64,000 nucleotides of DNA from a virus: the IMG/VR virus record IMGVR_UViG_3300006175_000010, positions 3,150 to 67,149 of that record; one strand, written 5' to 3'. The notes below the pieces were generated by a model. That model was given only the letters and a program-made list of their open reading frames with translations. It did not search any database and was not told the DNA's origin. Both the position numbers and the translations under genes were made by a program. The first letter of the stretch is position 1. Each line of letters starts with the position of its first letter. This document shows, one piece after another, positions 1-9,915 of this stretch.

Positions 1-842
1 CATATTGGTTGTAATGTATTTTTAATTGCAGTCCCAATAGTACCAAAAAATGAATTTAATTGACCCAATGGTTTGATTAGAAGATTTAATACTGATTCAC
101 CCACCATACTAAAGAATCCTGTAAGGGAATCCCATGCTTTTTTAAGGTCTGGTAATCCTTTGAAGATTCCAGAAAAGTCAGGGAGTTTTATATTTGTGAA
201 TATACTTGTGATACCATTTACGATTGTATCTTTTAGTGTTGAAAAGTCAGGGAGTTTTAATGTGGATAGATCAGGAAATCCCTTGAAGATTTTAGTGACG
301 TCTATACTGGAAAAACCTTTGGTTATTGCACCTACAGGATCACTTAGAAATGCCCCCGCACCTGCAATTAATTCAACTATTGTTAGGATACCTTCACCTA
401 TGGCAGTACCATACTTTTGTGCAAAGGGTGCCATATATTTGTAGAATGGTAACATCACATAACGTAACAAGTAGACCATGATAGGTCTCAACATGAATCC
501 AATAAAGTCACCTATCGGTCTGAGCATAAGCATTATACCCGTATTCAATAACTGCATCATGGCTTTCAGCATTGGAGATGAATCTACTATGATTCCAGCA
601 AGTTTTTTCATGATATCGAATATGCCCATTATTCCAACAGACATTAATCCCAGAGTAGCAAGTTTTCCACCGGCACCACCACCAAATCCTTTGGATAATT
701 GATTCATGGCAACCTGTAGTTTGTTGAATATGTTACCACTTGAACCACCGGAACCACCCATACCTATGGCGGCTTGTAATTTCTTTATAGCACGGTCTAA
801 ATCCTGATCCTTTAGTTTAATCTCTAGAACATAATCCGGCAT
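1..842 (-). CDS. tail tape measure protein, N-terminal part (runs off window)
   Basis: Hand-read ORF from ATG at 842 (MPDYVLEIKLKDQDLDRAIRKLQAAIG...), Gly/Ala/hydrophobic helical with LPDFS-type repeats; follows tail tube and chaperone. Confidence 0.7.
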   Translation of the reverse strand, partial: MPDYVLEIKLKDQDLDRAIKKLQAAIGMGGSGGSSGNIFNKLQVAMNQLSKGFGGGAGGKLATLGLMSVGIMGIFDIMKKLAGIIVDSSPMLKAMMQLLNTGIMLMLRPIGDFIGFMLRPIMVYLLRYVMLPFYKYMAPFAQKYGTAIGEGILTIVELIAGAGAFLSDPVGAITKGFSSIDVTKIFKGFPDLSTLKLPDFSTLKDTIVNGITSIFTNIKLPDFSGIFKGLPDLKKAWDSLTGFFSMVGESVLNLLIKPLGQLNSFFGTIGTAIKNTLQPI

Positions 843-883
843 GATATAATAATCCCTAAAGGTACTTTAAATATTTGATATCA

Positions 884-1075
884 TTATTTATTGGATTTCA
901 TATGTTCCTGCATTTCTTCCATGTCTTCCCGTATAATACGTTCTATGGTCTTTAGGTACTTTATAGGCTGTCTGTCAGTTTGCTCTTTGTCCCATCCACA
1001 TTGGCTTGCACAGAAGGCATAGATTCTATTAATGATTTCATCTGTTCCGTGTTTCCGAGCATTGCTATCGCCCAC
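884..1075 (-). CDS. tail assembly chaperone gpT-like (-1 frame) extension
   Basis: Overlaps the 961-1377 ORF in the -1 frame directly before the tape measure; IYAFCASQCGWDKEQTDRQP. Confidence 0.5.
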   Translation of the reverse strand: MGDSNARKHGTDEIINRIYAFCASQCGWDKEQTDRQPIKYLKTIERIIREDMEEMQEHMKSNK

Positions 1076-1377
1076 GATTCCAAGGAGTCCCCCAAAGGGT
1101 ATGACGCAAGTATCTCTTTTACTATCAGATTCATTGTCTTCTTTCCTATCTTGTTTAGTTCGTCTCTATTGGGATTGAATGGAGCCTGTCTAATTGTTTT
1201 CTGTAGGATTTGAGAAATATAACCATCTATGTTGATTTTTATTTGTCCTGCAACTATGTTGGTAACATCAACCGTACTTTTCAGGATTTGAGAGAATTCA
1301 CCATAGTTTAAATCGTCATCAAATATGATAGTGGCTTTGGTTCCATTCCAGTCAATCTCGAAGGACTTGTTAGCCAT
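961..1377 (-). CDS. tail assembly chaperone (gpG-like)
   Basis: 138 aa; synteny between tail tube and tape measure. Confidence 0.6.
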   Translation of the reverse strand: MANKSFEIDWNGTKATIIFDDDLNYGEFSQILKSTVDVTNIVAGQIKINIDGYISQILQKTIRQAPFNPNRDELNKIGKKTMNLIVKEILASYPLGDSLESWAIAMLGNTEQMKSLIESMPSVQANVDGTKSKLTDSL

Positions 1378-1452
1378 AACATATAAAGGTTGTGTTTGGG
1401 TGTATTTAAGTCTTTACTAACATTTATATAAAAGTCATGTTTTATCATATCT

Positions 1453-1515
1453 GCGAAGGATTGGCATATCCTCACCTCTATGCTGTTTTAGTGTTCGGGT
1501 CAGCACATCCTTAGC
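1453..1515 (+). ncRNA. candidate small three-way-junction RNA
   Basis: TTTATATA at 1423-1430; stems AAGGAT/ATCCTT, GCATA/TATGC, GTGTT/AGCAC; intergenic. Confidence 0.4.
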
Positions 1516-1531
1516 GACCTATTAATTATCC

Positions 1532-2500
1532 CTACGGTTCTGCTGAACTGTTATTATTGGCAGTAACCTTCATGTTTCGTATTGCAAAGTTCATTTCTTG
1601 GAATACGTTGTCTACTGGTACGGGGAAGTTTGTATTATGGTCTGCAAATCCTATTCCAGTTCCAGCAAAGGTGATTGCCCTCTTATTTGTTGAAGTCAAA
1701 CCGTTATCAAATGTCAATGTAAAGTTTTGTACCTCTGCACGGTTTACAACATCATTCCAGAATTGAGCATCTATCCATGAACAGTTGAATTTGCCTGTCA
1801 TGTCTAAGGTTTTTCTTACTACTGAACTAGCATTGGCACTTCCAATACCCCAGAGTAATTCAGCGTTGGTATTTAATGTAAGATCAACATCCTGTACTTG
1901 GGCAACCACAGCACCTTCATTGGTTTGTATGGAACCATGTACAAAAGTATATGGGAAATTAATGTCATCAGTTGGTGGAGTTGCAGTATATGTATTGGTA
2001 CCTATCGTATTTTCCTTACCCCAGATTGCATCTGCTGTACATCTTACAACTTCATTGATACTGGTTTTAATGGAAACTTGTGATAATGCAACACCTAATG
2101 GTGTTCTGGTCAAATTGACTCCGGATGATTGTTCTCCTTGGAATCCTATATCGATTGAAGCAGTATTGATATTTCTTACACTGGAATTTGCAGATGGTGA
2201 AGAATCCCAAGTCCATACATATGGAGAAGAACCCGTCTTTGCACCTGATTCAAAAATTAGGTCAAGCCACCATGGATTAGACAAAACATATTCTACTGAC
2301 ATTTTTCCTTCATTTCTACCAAAAGCGAAACTCTGAATTTCCGGTGAATATAACTGTCCCAGATTGATACGGTTTACCATGAATTGCAACCCTGATATCT
2401 TTTGTTCCAGTCCAAATACTCTGGTCTTGGATGATTGTTCAGTCTGGAAGGCTGACTCTATTCCGTACTTTAGATAACCATAAACACTTGAACGAACCAT
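1532..2500 (-). CDS. major tail (tube) protein
   Basis: 322 aa, beta-rich, N-terminal YGIESAF..., tail-module position. Confidence 0.75.
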   Translation of the reverse strand: MVRSSVYGYLKYGIESAFQTEQSSKTRVFGLEQKISGLQFMVNRINLGQLYSPEIQSFAFGRNEGKMSVEYVLSNPWWLDLIFESGAKTGSSPYVWTWDSSPSANSSVRNINTASIDIGFQGEQSSGVNLTRTPLGVALSQVSIKTSINEVVRCTADAIWGKENTIGTNTYTATPPTDDINFPYTFVHGSIQTNEGAVVAQVQDVDLTLNTNAELLWGIGSANASSVVRKTLDMTGKFNCSWIDAQFWNDVVNRAEVQNFTLTFDNGLTSTNKRAITFAGTGIGFADHNTNFPVPVDNVFQEMNFAIRNMKVTANNNSSAEP

Positions 2501-2557
2501 ATATATAAACCTATCGAAAACCGTAACTATTAAATATTGTGAGGTTTATATGATGAT

Positions 2558-2671
2558 ATGTGGGTGTGGAAATACTATGATGCTATGTGGGCATACAAAA
2601 TAATTACTTCTAGTAGATATTTTGATGGAAAATATAGAACCCCGATTATTTTAGGGATTAATCCTTCGTAA
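2558..2671 (+). CDS. MxIxR-family microprotein (MWVWKYYDAMW..., 37 aa)
   Basis: ATG ~22 nt after TTAAATA (2530-2536); fits M-x-V-x-K. Confidence 0.5.
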   Translation: MWVWKYYDAMWAYKIITSSRYFDGKYRTPIILGINPS

Positions 2672-3073
2672 TTGGATATCAAAAACATGACGCCATAGGT
2701 TCCTATATTTGTCTGATAATGGGTGTTGCCCTATGACTAACAAATCTGAATAACTATTGTTATTGATATTGAACCTAGCATTGGTCTTTATCTGGTTGAA
2801 TATTGCAGAAACCAGATCATTCAATCTATCTAGAGAGACATAAGTCCATATATCTATTGATATTGAAACCGTGTGGAAAGTGTCATCTGCGTGTAAATAA
2901 TAATCCACTTTCTCATTATCAAGTTTCAAAAAGATTGCTTCTTTCTGGTCTTCTACTATGCCTATGGTCTTTTCATCGTATATGTTTTCTACTTGAGGAA
3001 AGTTATCCAATCTGGTGGTAACTAGGATGTCATGTAAATCCGTCAATGCTGTGTAACCTGCTATGTTAGTCAT
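2651..3073 (-). CDS. tail terminator/completion protein
   Basis: 140 aa; ISIDIW strand and position upstream of tail tube. Confidence 0.55.
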   Translation of the reverse strand: MTNIAGYTALTDLHDILVTTRLDNFPQVENIYDEKTIGIVEDQKEAIFLKLDNEKVDYYLHADDTFHTVSISIDIWTYVSLDRLNDLVSAIFNQIKTNARFNINNNSYSDLLVIGQHPLSDKYRNLWRHVFDIQLRRINP

Positions 3074-3637
3074 CTAAATCCTACCAAATCCTTTATGTTT
3101 TTTGCCAAGTTTTTGAATGAATTTCTTTTGTTTATACACTTTTCTTATAGGTCTTTTAACTTTTCTAATCTTTTTATTGATTTTCTTTATACCTTTCTGT
3201 ATTTTTGAAGGTTTCTTCTTTAATGTTGGGATAAAGGTTCCACCGTTTGTGATTTCAATCAAGGATAGTTTGGTAAATCTGGTCATTGGTATGCCTTCTG
3301 AAGAAATGGAATTAACTATCTTTCCAGCAACTTCACGGGATTCTGGTTCTTTAATACCTAGTTTCTTTTCTACCCAATCTTTTATTTTATCAAATGGTGG
3401 TGGATTGCCTTTCTGTCTTCCGAATTCTATATTGTAAACATAATCCAAGTCTGACCCAACCATTCTTTTGATGTCATCATATGATATGGATTGTATAGCA
3501 TTTCCTGTATATTCCTTGTCCATCTGGTGTAGTTTCTTTTGCATGATAAGGACAAGATCCCTTCCAACATCATCCGTGATTTCATGTATATCATGGATAG
3601 TCTTTGTACTGGATATACCAATAGGCTGTAGAGACAT
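3074..3637 (-). CDS. neck/tail completion protein (HK97 gp10-like) with Lys-rich C-terminus
   Basis: YTG...SI, YVYNIEFG, PPFDKIKDWV motifs; synteny. Confidence 0.6.
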   Translation of the reverse strand: MSLQPIGISSTKTIHDIHEITDDVGRDLVLIMQKKLHQMDKEYTGNAIQSISYDDIKRMVGSDLDYVYNIEFGRQKGNPPPFDKIKDWVEKKLGIKEPESREVAGKIVNSISSEGIPMTRFTKLSLIEITNGGTFIPTLKKKPSKIQKGIKKINKKIRKVKRPIRKVYKQKKFIQKLGKKHKGFGRI

Positions 3638-3639
3638 GT

Positions 3640-4275
3640 CTAAGTTACCACTTGTGCTTCTGTTCTATCCCAGATGGTTCTTTCTATATCCTGTCTCCAA
3701 ATATCTACAATCTTTTCATATTCCAATCCGAATTCAGTACCAACTCCTAGTTTGTCCATCTTCCATGAAGTTGTAAGTAAGTCTATGGCAACCATCTTTA
3801 TACAGACATCCTTGATATCACCCGGCACTACGGTTTCACCAAAACGATAAGTTATTTTTACCCTGTAATCTCTTAGGATAGTAAATAGATATCCTCTGAG
3901 GAATAATCTTCCATAGATAGTTTCCAAATTATAAGTACCGTTGAAATTACCGTTAAGTGTTATTGGTGAGTATGTTTGACCATCCCAAACAGATATAGAA
4001 TCACCTGAATTTGCATCAAGATCCTTTATGGTTCTATGTCGGAGAAATATTGGTTCTCCCCAACCATAAGTATAAATAAGGGGTAGGTTATAAATTTCAG
4101 TGACAGCGACAGTACGCCAAGCGTGCCCTGTACGCCTGTCAATTTCATCTTCTTTTCTGTTTATGATATTGGCAACCTGTTCGTCATTAGGATAAGAAGT
4201 AGCGTTTATTGTAGTTCTTAGAAAATCACTCACGTCCTTAACCGAGCAGTAGTATGTCGTAGAAGGATTAGTCAT
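3640..4275 (-). CDS. head-tail adaptor
   Basis: YCSVKDV N-terminus, IDRRTG, VKITYRFG, VPGDIK motifs typical of adaptors. Confidence 0.7.
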   Translation of the reverse strand: MTNPSTTYYCSVKDVSDFLRTTINATSYPNDEQVANIINRKEDEIDRRTGHAWRTVAVTEIYNLPLIYTYGWGEPIFLRHRTIKDLDANSGDSISVWDGQTYSPITLNGNFNGTYNLETIYGRLFLRGYLFTILRDYRVKITYRFGETVVPGDIKDVCIKMVAIDLLTTSWKMDKLGVGTEFGLEYEKIVDIWRQDIERTIWDRTEAQVVT

Positions 4276-4312
4276 ATATAAAGGTATTCAGAAATGAATT
4301 TAAAGATTGTAT

Positions 4313-4582
4313 CTATTCAAAGACTACAACATAACGTGCTGTACTTCCAGTCACGGTACAATAAATACCGTTATTGAATGTTCGGTTTATCAGAGGAATT
4401 GGAGTATTACCATCTGCCTCTACAAAGAATTGGGTTACACCTGTATTGTCAGTGGAGTCCAGAAAGTGTATTTTATCCCCAGCATGTGCTATTGTGACAT
4501 AAACAGCCTTTACTACACCGGCAGTACCTTTTACTTTTACGGCGGTAGAAACATTAGCAATATCATTTAGTTGACCAACCAT
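4313..4582 (-). CDS. small virion protein, putative
   Basis: 89 aa beta-rich ORF in head module. Confidence 0.5.
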   Translation of the reverse strand: MVGQLNDIANVSTAVKVKGTAGVVKAVYVTIAHAGDKIHFLDSTDNTGVTQFFVEADGNTPIPLINRTFNNGIYCTVTGSTARYVVVFE

Positions 4583-4617
4583 GATATCATAAAGCAGTCG
4601 ATTTTAGTATTTATAGT

Positions 4618-4803
4618 TTATAGAGCAAGTATGTTCTGTTTTACCTTGGATATGATAGATTTCCTGTGAGAATTACATAATTGTAGTGTCACTATGTTAT
4701 CTTTCTTTATATCCACACATATACAATCACAGGCAAAAACATAGTTTTTATGTATGTTTTGTATGATATCTTGGGATATTTCTATATCTGCTAAAAGAAC
4801 CAA
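4618..4803 (-). CDS. hypothetical protein
   Basis: 61 aa ORF abutting upstream gene. Confidence 0.4.
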   Translation of the reverse strand: MVLLADIEISQDIIQNIHKNYVFACDCICVDIKKDNIVTLQLCNSHRKSIISKVKQNILAL

Positions 4804-5178
4804 CTAGAATTCTAGGACTACGAATGTAAAGGTCTTTGATTCTGTAATAGTAGAACCATCAACTACTTCTGTAAGTGCCTTGGAACTGTCTGAGGAAGCA
4901 GTTGCAGTAAAACATTGTATTTTACCAGTAGACTTGTTATATTGGAAAATAAGACCTGAATCGGTATATTCTGGAAGAACCCAGACATAAGCATCTTGTT
5001 GTATTCCTGCTGTGAGATCAGCAGTTACACCACCTGTTGAATAAGTATCTCCTGCACCAAATACTACTTTGACAGAATAGATTTTTGGATTTTTGGAACC
5101 CGGATTCAAAAGAGATTGAACAGATTTTTCCTTGTTTACATAAGTTTCGTAATCAGTTGTTGTTATTGTCAGTGTCAT
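4804..5178 (-). CDS. minor capsid/decoration protein, putative
   Basis: 124 aa Thr/Ser-rich beta protein downstream of MCP. Confidence 0.5.
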   Translation of the reverse strand: MTLTITTTDYETYVNKEKSVQSLLNPGSKNPKIYSVKVVFGAGDTYSTGGVTADLTAGIQQDAYVWVLPEYTDSGLIFQYNKSTGKIQCFTATASSDSSKALTEVVDGSTITESKTFTFVVLEF

Positions 5179-5208
5179 AGTATATAAACAGGTTACTAAT
5201 ATTTGTAT

Positions 5209-5829
5209 TTAAAGATTATTCCCGAACAACCAGTGATATATTTCATGACACTCCTTACAGAAAGTGACTCCATTATCAAGATCCAAGACCAATTCTGGGT
5301 ATTTTTCTTTGGGATATAAAATATGATGAGCGTGTGGTTTATGAGTAGATCCGCAGTTTTGACAGGTATTATTATCTCTCTTTTTAATACTATCAGCCCA
5401 ATGGGATAAAGCATAAGCCATATCCCAAGAGTCTTTAAGTTGTGGATAGAATGGAAGTAGTTTTTCTAAAGATTTCTTATCTGATGCAAGTTTCTTTTCT
5501 GGGTTGTTTTTACGCCAATTTTTATAATAATCAGGATTATTTTTATTGAAGTTTTCATGATTTACTCTCATTCTTTCTTTATATTCCGGAGTATTTTTGA
5601 TTTTTTCATATCTTTCTTTATCGACATTAGGATTTCGGGATTTCCACTCTCTTTTAATTTCTCTGGATCTATCTCTATTACTGATAACCCAATTTTTATT
5701 ATTCTCATCTAATTCTGGTTTATTTTCTTTGTAATATCCTGAAAGATATTTCACCATATAACATTTTCTACATACACCATTTTTACTTAATTCTTTATCT
5801 TTATGTATTTCACAAAAGACCATAGACAT
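5209..5829 (-). CDS. HNH homing endonuclease
   Basis: RDNNTCQNCG...HAHH...NGVTFCKECH; AT-rich insert after MCP. Confidence 0.85.
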   Translation of the reverse strand: MSMVFCEIHKDKELSKNGVCRKCYMVKYLSGYYKENKPELDENNKNWVISNRDRSREIKREWKSRNPNVDKERYEKIKNTPEYKERMRVNHENFNKNNPDYYKNWRKNNPEKKLASDKKSLEKLLPFYPQLKDSWDMAYALSHWADSIKKRDNNTCQNCGSTHKPHAHHILYPKEKYPELVLDLDNGVTFCKECHEIYHWLFGNNL

Positions 5830-5908
5830 TAAATAGTACTACCCTAATATAAATGTTTCTATTAATTCAAAATAAAAAAGAAAGAGTGGATATGATATAG
5901 TTTAATGT

Positions 5909-7129
5909 CTATAACTTTATATCCCTTATTTTTCCCTGAGCCTTAAAGTTTCTACAGATCGTCTCACCCATTGTTCTAAAGACACCTTGTTCGATAAAGG
6001 CGGCATTGACAAATGGATATCCCGGTGATCTACGAGTTGCCTCATAGTATTCAGTTGGGATTGCTACCTGTATACCCATTCTTGGATAACCGAATCCTTC
6101 TGCATCAGATGTATCTAATGCATAAATTCTTCCGATTTCTCCTGTGGCATCAGTTGGAGCATCCTGTGTTGGGATATATGGAATACCATATACTGTATCA
6201 ACATGGATACCGACACCTGTACCTTTGAATGTCTGTATACCGTTCACATCGACTTGCACCAATGTTTCGGAGTATGGGTTCTGGATACGGACTGAAGGCA
6301 TATATATACCTTGTACCTCAGAATATGCTTCATGTGAACCTAAGAATACTGTTGGGTCTTTACCAATGTTCTTTCTTATTGTTCTAAGGAAGGTTCTGAA
6401 GGTGTTGTCAGTCAAAATACCCTGTGTACCGATTGTTCCGGATGGTGAAATCACCGTAGAGTCATAAGTTGTTAGTGTATCTCTATCTATTGTCGATACA
6501 TTCCATGGACTAAACCATAGAGTACCGGACAAAAGACCGTTGATATAGTCTCTTTCTGCTTTGGAAGCGACTATTCTATCCAGTGATTCAAAGTTGGTTG
6601 TACCTGCGAAGGCACTACCAGTTGTTCTTGCTGGATTGGATACATCTGCAAGCAACATGTTGTTGATGAAGGATTTGTGCTGGACTGCCATATAGAGTCT
6701 CAGTGATCCTAGACCACCCCAAATGTCGTCTTTGCTGTGATTAGACAACCATTCCATAACCTCGGAAGCCGAGAATGGTAATTGTGCTGTCTTTGGTTTG
6801 ACATCTACAGTTGTGATTGTTGGTTTTGCTGTTTGAGCGATTGATCCACCCTCTGCGGTTCCACCTAATGTGGTGTTACCGTTGGTTGTGGTCAATGTAG
6901 GCTTGGCTGTAATAAACCTGATACCTGACTTGTCCCAAGGATATTTTGGTAGGATACCGAAAGCGTTTGCCTCGAGGTTAAGGAGTGCCCATGCATAAGC
7001 ACCATATACGGTGTTGAAAACACCGGAAGTGGATGTTAAGAGTGGGTCATTTGCCTTCATAAGTAGGTTGCGGTTATAGCCATAGTAGAGGGCTTCAAGT
7101 TCGTCTATTGTAGTGATTTTACCAGACAT
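5909..7129 (-). CDS. major capsid protein (HK97 fold)
   Basis: ~406 aa from MSGKITT; follows protease and scaffold; ends GKIRDIKL. Confidence 0.8.
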   Translation of the reverse strand: MSGKITTIDELEALYYGYNRNLLMKANDPLLTSTSGVFNTVYGAYAWALLNLEANAFGILPKYPWDKSGIRFITAKPTLTTTNGNTTLGGTAEGGSIAQTAKPTITTVDVKPKTAQLPFSASEVMEWLSNHSKDDIWGGLGSLRLYMAVQHKSFINNMLLADVSNPARTTGSAFAGTTNFESLDRIVASKAERDYINGLLSGTLWFSPWNVSTIDRDTLTTYDSTVISPSGTIGTQGILTDNTFRTFLRTIRKNIGKDPTVFLGSHEAYSEVQGIYMPSVRIQNPYSETLVQVDVNGIQTFKGTGVGIHVDTVYGIPYIPTQDAPTDATGEIGRIYALDTSDAEGFGYPRMGIQVAIPTEYYEATRRSPGYPFVNAAFIEQGVFRTMGETICRNFKAQGKIRDIKL

Positions 7130-7131
7130 GT

Positions 7132-7692
7132 CTAAATGGACACTCCATCCCATGCTTGGTATTCAGTATGGTAAGCACCCTTTCTGATTTCTCTTGCAAC
7201 TTGTTCCAGACCTTCTTGATAACCTAGTTCTCTGAATCTTTTTAGGATTGGAGATGGTTCTCTACCAGAAGCGGCTAATGCCTTATTGACATCAATTCCA
7301 CCTGTTGGTCTTGGAGTTGTAGTTGTAGTGAAACCGGACTTTTCTTCCATTTTCAAATCGGCTTGGTCAGTCTTGGATGGATCTTGAGGACTTGCGTCAT
7401 CAATACCTGCCTGTCGTGACTTGCCTTGATATTTGTCAGGAATTGTAGTCTTTGCACCGATATCTTCTTCTGCTTCAACTTGTGGTTTTAGCGGAAGGTC
7501 GGTTGGGGTTTCCATAGCCTTGGTAGACTCCATCTTGGTCAGTCTTTCATTAACGCTTTCAACGCTTTTTGCAAGACTTCCAATAAGGTCTGCCAGTCTG
7601 TCAATAGAAGATTTTTGAGTTTCCTCTGTTGCCTTTGCTATTGTAGAAGTTTGTGGCTCAGTTTTACTTTTAGTTTCTGCTGAGTCGGTCAT
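7132..7692 (-). CDS. scaffolding protein, putative
   Basis: Coiled-coil plus low complexity, between protease and MCP. Confidence 0.6.
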   Translation of the reverse strand: MTDSAETKSKTEPQTSTIAKATEETQKSSIDRLADLIGSLAKSVESVNERLTKMESTKAMETPTDLPLKPQVEAEEDIGAKTTIPDKYQGKSRQAGIDDASPQDPSKTDQADLKMEEKSGFTTTTTPRPTGGIDVNKALAASGREPSPILKRFRELGYQEGLEQVAREIRKGAYHTEYQAWDGVSI

Positions 7693-7731
7693 AGTTATTA
7701 CTATATAAACATTTCGATATATTTATAAAGA

Positions 7732-9501
7732 TTATATTGTTTTTCGTGTGTGTTTTTGAATATTTTTGACTTTTCCTTCCAAAACTGATAATCTAAGATT
7801 ATCCAAGGTCTTTCTTAATGCCTTTTCTTTTTCATCTGGGAGTTCGGTATTATGAGTTGTCTGCATTGGTGTTGGGGTTGCATTTATATTGGAATGGTCT
7901 GCTTTGGAGTTTCCCATAGAGGTATCTCCTTGGTTTTTTTGTTGTTCTTCCGGGTTTTTCTCTGAAGGTTTCTGTGAATCCTCTGGATTCTTTGGGTCTT
8001 TAAATGGATTGTTATTATCACCCTGTTGTCCGTTTAGTGGTTGTCCATCCCCTGTTTGTTGTTCTACAATCTGTACTATTTTTACTGGAACTTCTAAAGG
8101 CATACCACGCATTGGGTCTGTAATATGATTATCAGTGGGTGGAATAATTTCAGTCTTTTGTGGGGCTAGAGGATTGTTAGGGTCTCCTGTAATTGAATTG
8201 GTATCATTGGCAGACATTGAAGTATCCTGTGGGTCTTCTGTCTTCTCGTCTATATTTTGTGCATCGGTTGGAGTCTTACCTGAATCATTATTTTCTGAAG
8301 TATCATATCCTGTACCTTGATGATCATAATTCAATCCTTCTCTGGTATCATCACTTGGATTCTTAATTCCTGAAACGTTGTCTTGAGTTCCTTGGTTTTG
8401 TGGATGTTGTGCTTGTACATGTTGTTCTAGTGTTTCGTTACCATCAGATGGAATATAACCACAATGAGGACATTTTTGACCGGCTTGGTCTTCTACCATT
8501 CCTTTTTCTTTTGGTTCTGCCAAATCATGAACTTCATCTATTACTGCCGCTACATCAACAAGACCTTTGTTTTTCCCTTCTACCTGACGCATGATAGTAG
8601 CACAATAGGCTTCTGCGTCACCTTTATCCTTGTTAGCGGCAACACAGGCGGCAAAATCCTTGTACCCTGCAAATGGTTTATTGACTTCATATAATGCCTT
8701 ATAAATATCAGGATTGCCTTTGAATATATTACAACATCCATGTACCGGATCTATCTCACCAGAAACTTTTGTACATGAACCACCTTCCTTATAAAATATA
8801 CATGCTCCACAGTGAGGACTCTTTTCTTTTAATACAACATATCCGGCATCACTAGGGGATAATTTTTTATCTTCCTCATATTTTTCTGCCTTTTCAACAT
8901 AACATCCTACATTATCACATCTAATACAAATTTCATTGTTATTCTTTGCAACATATCCTATGGTCTTGCCTGATTTTGAAATTGATTTTGCCAAAGTATT
9001 TACATCAGTAATAAATGCCAATGGTACTGCGGCATCTTTGCATATTGCTACTTCATATTGTTCCAGATCGACTAACTTGTATGCCACTGAACCGTCTTTC
9101 CAGATTGTTGGAATACGGTCAGCCTTTGTAGCACCACCAAATGATAATCCCTTATATTCACCGGATTTCATTTTCTCCCAGATATCATTATCTAGTTGGT
9201 AATCCTTGTAGACCTCACCCATTATTTCTACTCCGGGATAACTATTACCTTCATGGTCTTTTATTGTAACTCTCTGGAAATTTAATCCCCTTGCTACAAT
9301 CTGGTTTGTATGCGTATTGGACATTGGTGCACCACGTTTCATCCAGATTGGTAGAACCTTCATTAGTTCATCTATAACCATTATCTCTCCCTGTTTGTCC
9401 TTCATTTCTACTGATAGGATACCAGTAAATAATCTCCTTTCTGGGTCTGTAATATTGAAACTCTTGGTTACTAACTTGTTAAAAAACACTCCTTCGACCA
9501 T
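7732..9501 (-). CDS. prohead protease with HiPIP-like and C2H2 accessory domains
   Basis: DKQGE, H, GLSFGG, YEVAIC HK97-protease motifs; likely start MVEGVFF at 9501. Confidence 0.8.
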   Translation of the reverse strand: MVEGVFFNKLVTKSFNITDPERRLFTGILSVEMKDKQGEIMVIDELMKVLPIWMKRGAPMSNTHTNQIVARGLNFQRVTIKDHEGNSYPGVEIMGEVYKDYQLDNDIWEKMKSGEYKGLSFGGATKADRIPTIWKDGSVAYKLVDLEQYEVAICKDAAVPLAFITDVNTLAKSISKSGKTIGYVAKNNNEICIRCDNVGCYVEKAEKYEEDKKLSPSDAGYVVLKEKSPHCGACIFYKEGGSCTKVSGEIDPVHGCCNIFKGNPDIYKALYEVNKPFAGYKDFAACVAANKDKGDAEAYCATIMRQVEGKNKGLVDVAAVIDEVHDLAEPKEKGMVEDQAGQKCPHCGYIPSDGNETLEQHVQAQHPQNQGTQDNVSGIKNPSDDTREGLNYDHQGTGYDTSENNDSGKTPTDAQNIDEKTEDPQDTSMSANDTNSITGDPNNPLAPQKTEIIPPTDNHITDPMRGMPLEVPVKIVQIVEQQTGDGQPLNGQQGDNNNPFKDPKNPEDSQKPSEKNPEEQQKNQGDTSMGNSKADHSNINATPTPMQTTHNTELPDEKEKALRKTLDNLRLSVLEGKVKNIQKHTRKTI

Positions 9502-9596
9502 ATCTATATAAATGTTTTGTTTTTTGAATATAAAGATTATATGATTATATACACACAACCAAAACTCTTAAATACAGGTTTCTTTCCATTATAATC

Positions 9597-9854
9597 ATGT
9601 CGACAGCACAACCCGTAACGGGTCTAAGTAACAGGGCACAGGCTATACTTGTAATGATTGCAAGTATCTTGGGTTCCATTGGTGCTTCTCAAATGGCTAT
9701 ATCTGCGGCAACAGGTGGAAACATCTATGTTGGTCTAGTTGTAGTGATTTTGGGAGCAATATCATTTGGAATCAAAGAAGCCGTTGGTGGTGCACAAACC
9801 ACAGTTCCACCTTCTGGTGGGGCTTCATCAGCACCTAATACATCTACAAAGTAA
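9597..9854 (+). CDS. two-TM membrane protein (holin-like?)
   Basis: Two hydrophobic helices; own TATA box. Confidence 0.5.
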   Translation: MSTAQPVTGLSNRAQAILVMIASILGSIGASQMAISAATGGNIYVGLVVVILGAISFGIKEAVGGAQTTVPPSGGASSAPNTSTK

Positions 9855-9915
9855 GATATATTAGGTTACAAGTTTTTTTATAATCCTTATAAGTATTTCC
9901 CTTAATGGGATAACT

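Noticed and set aside
73-9511. Plus-strand ORFs of 60-180 aa over the structural module (e.g. 73-444, 1785-2336, 3117-3437)
   Set aside because: Antisense shadows of well-supported minus-strand virion genes.
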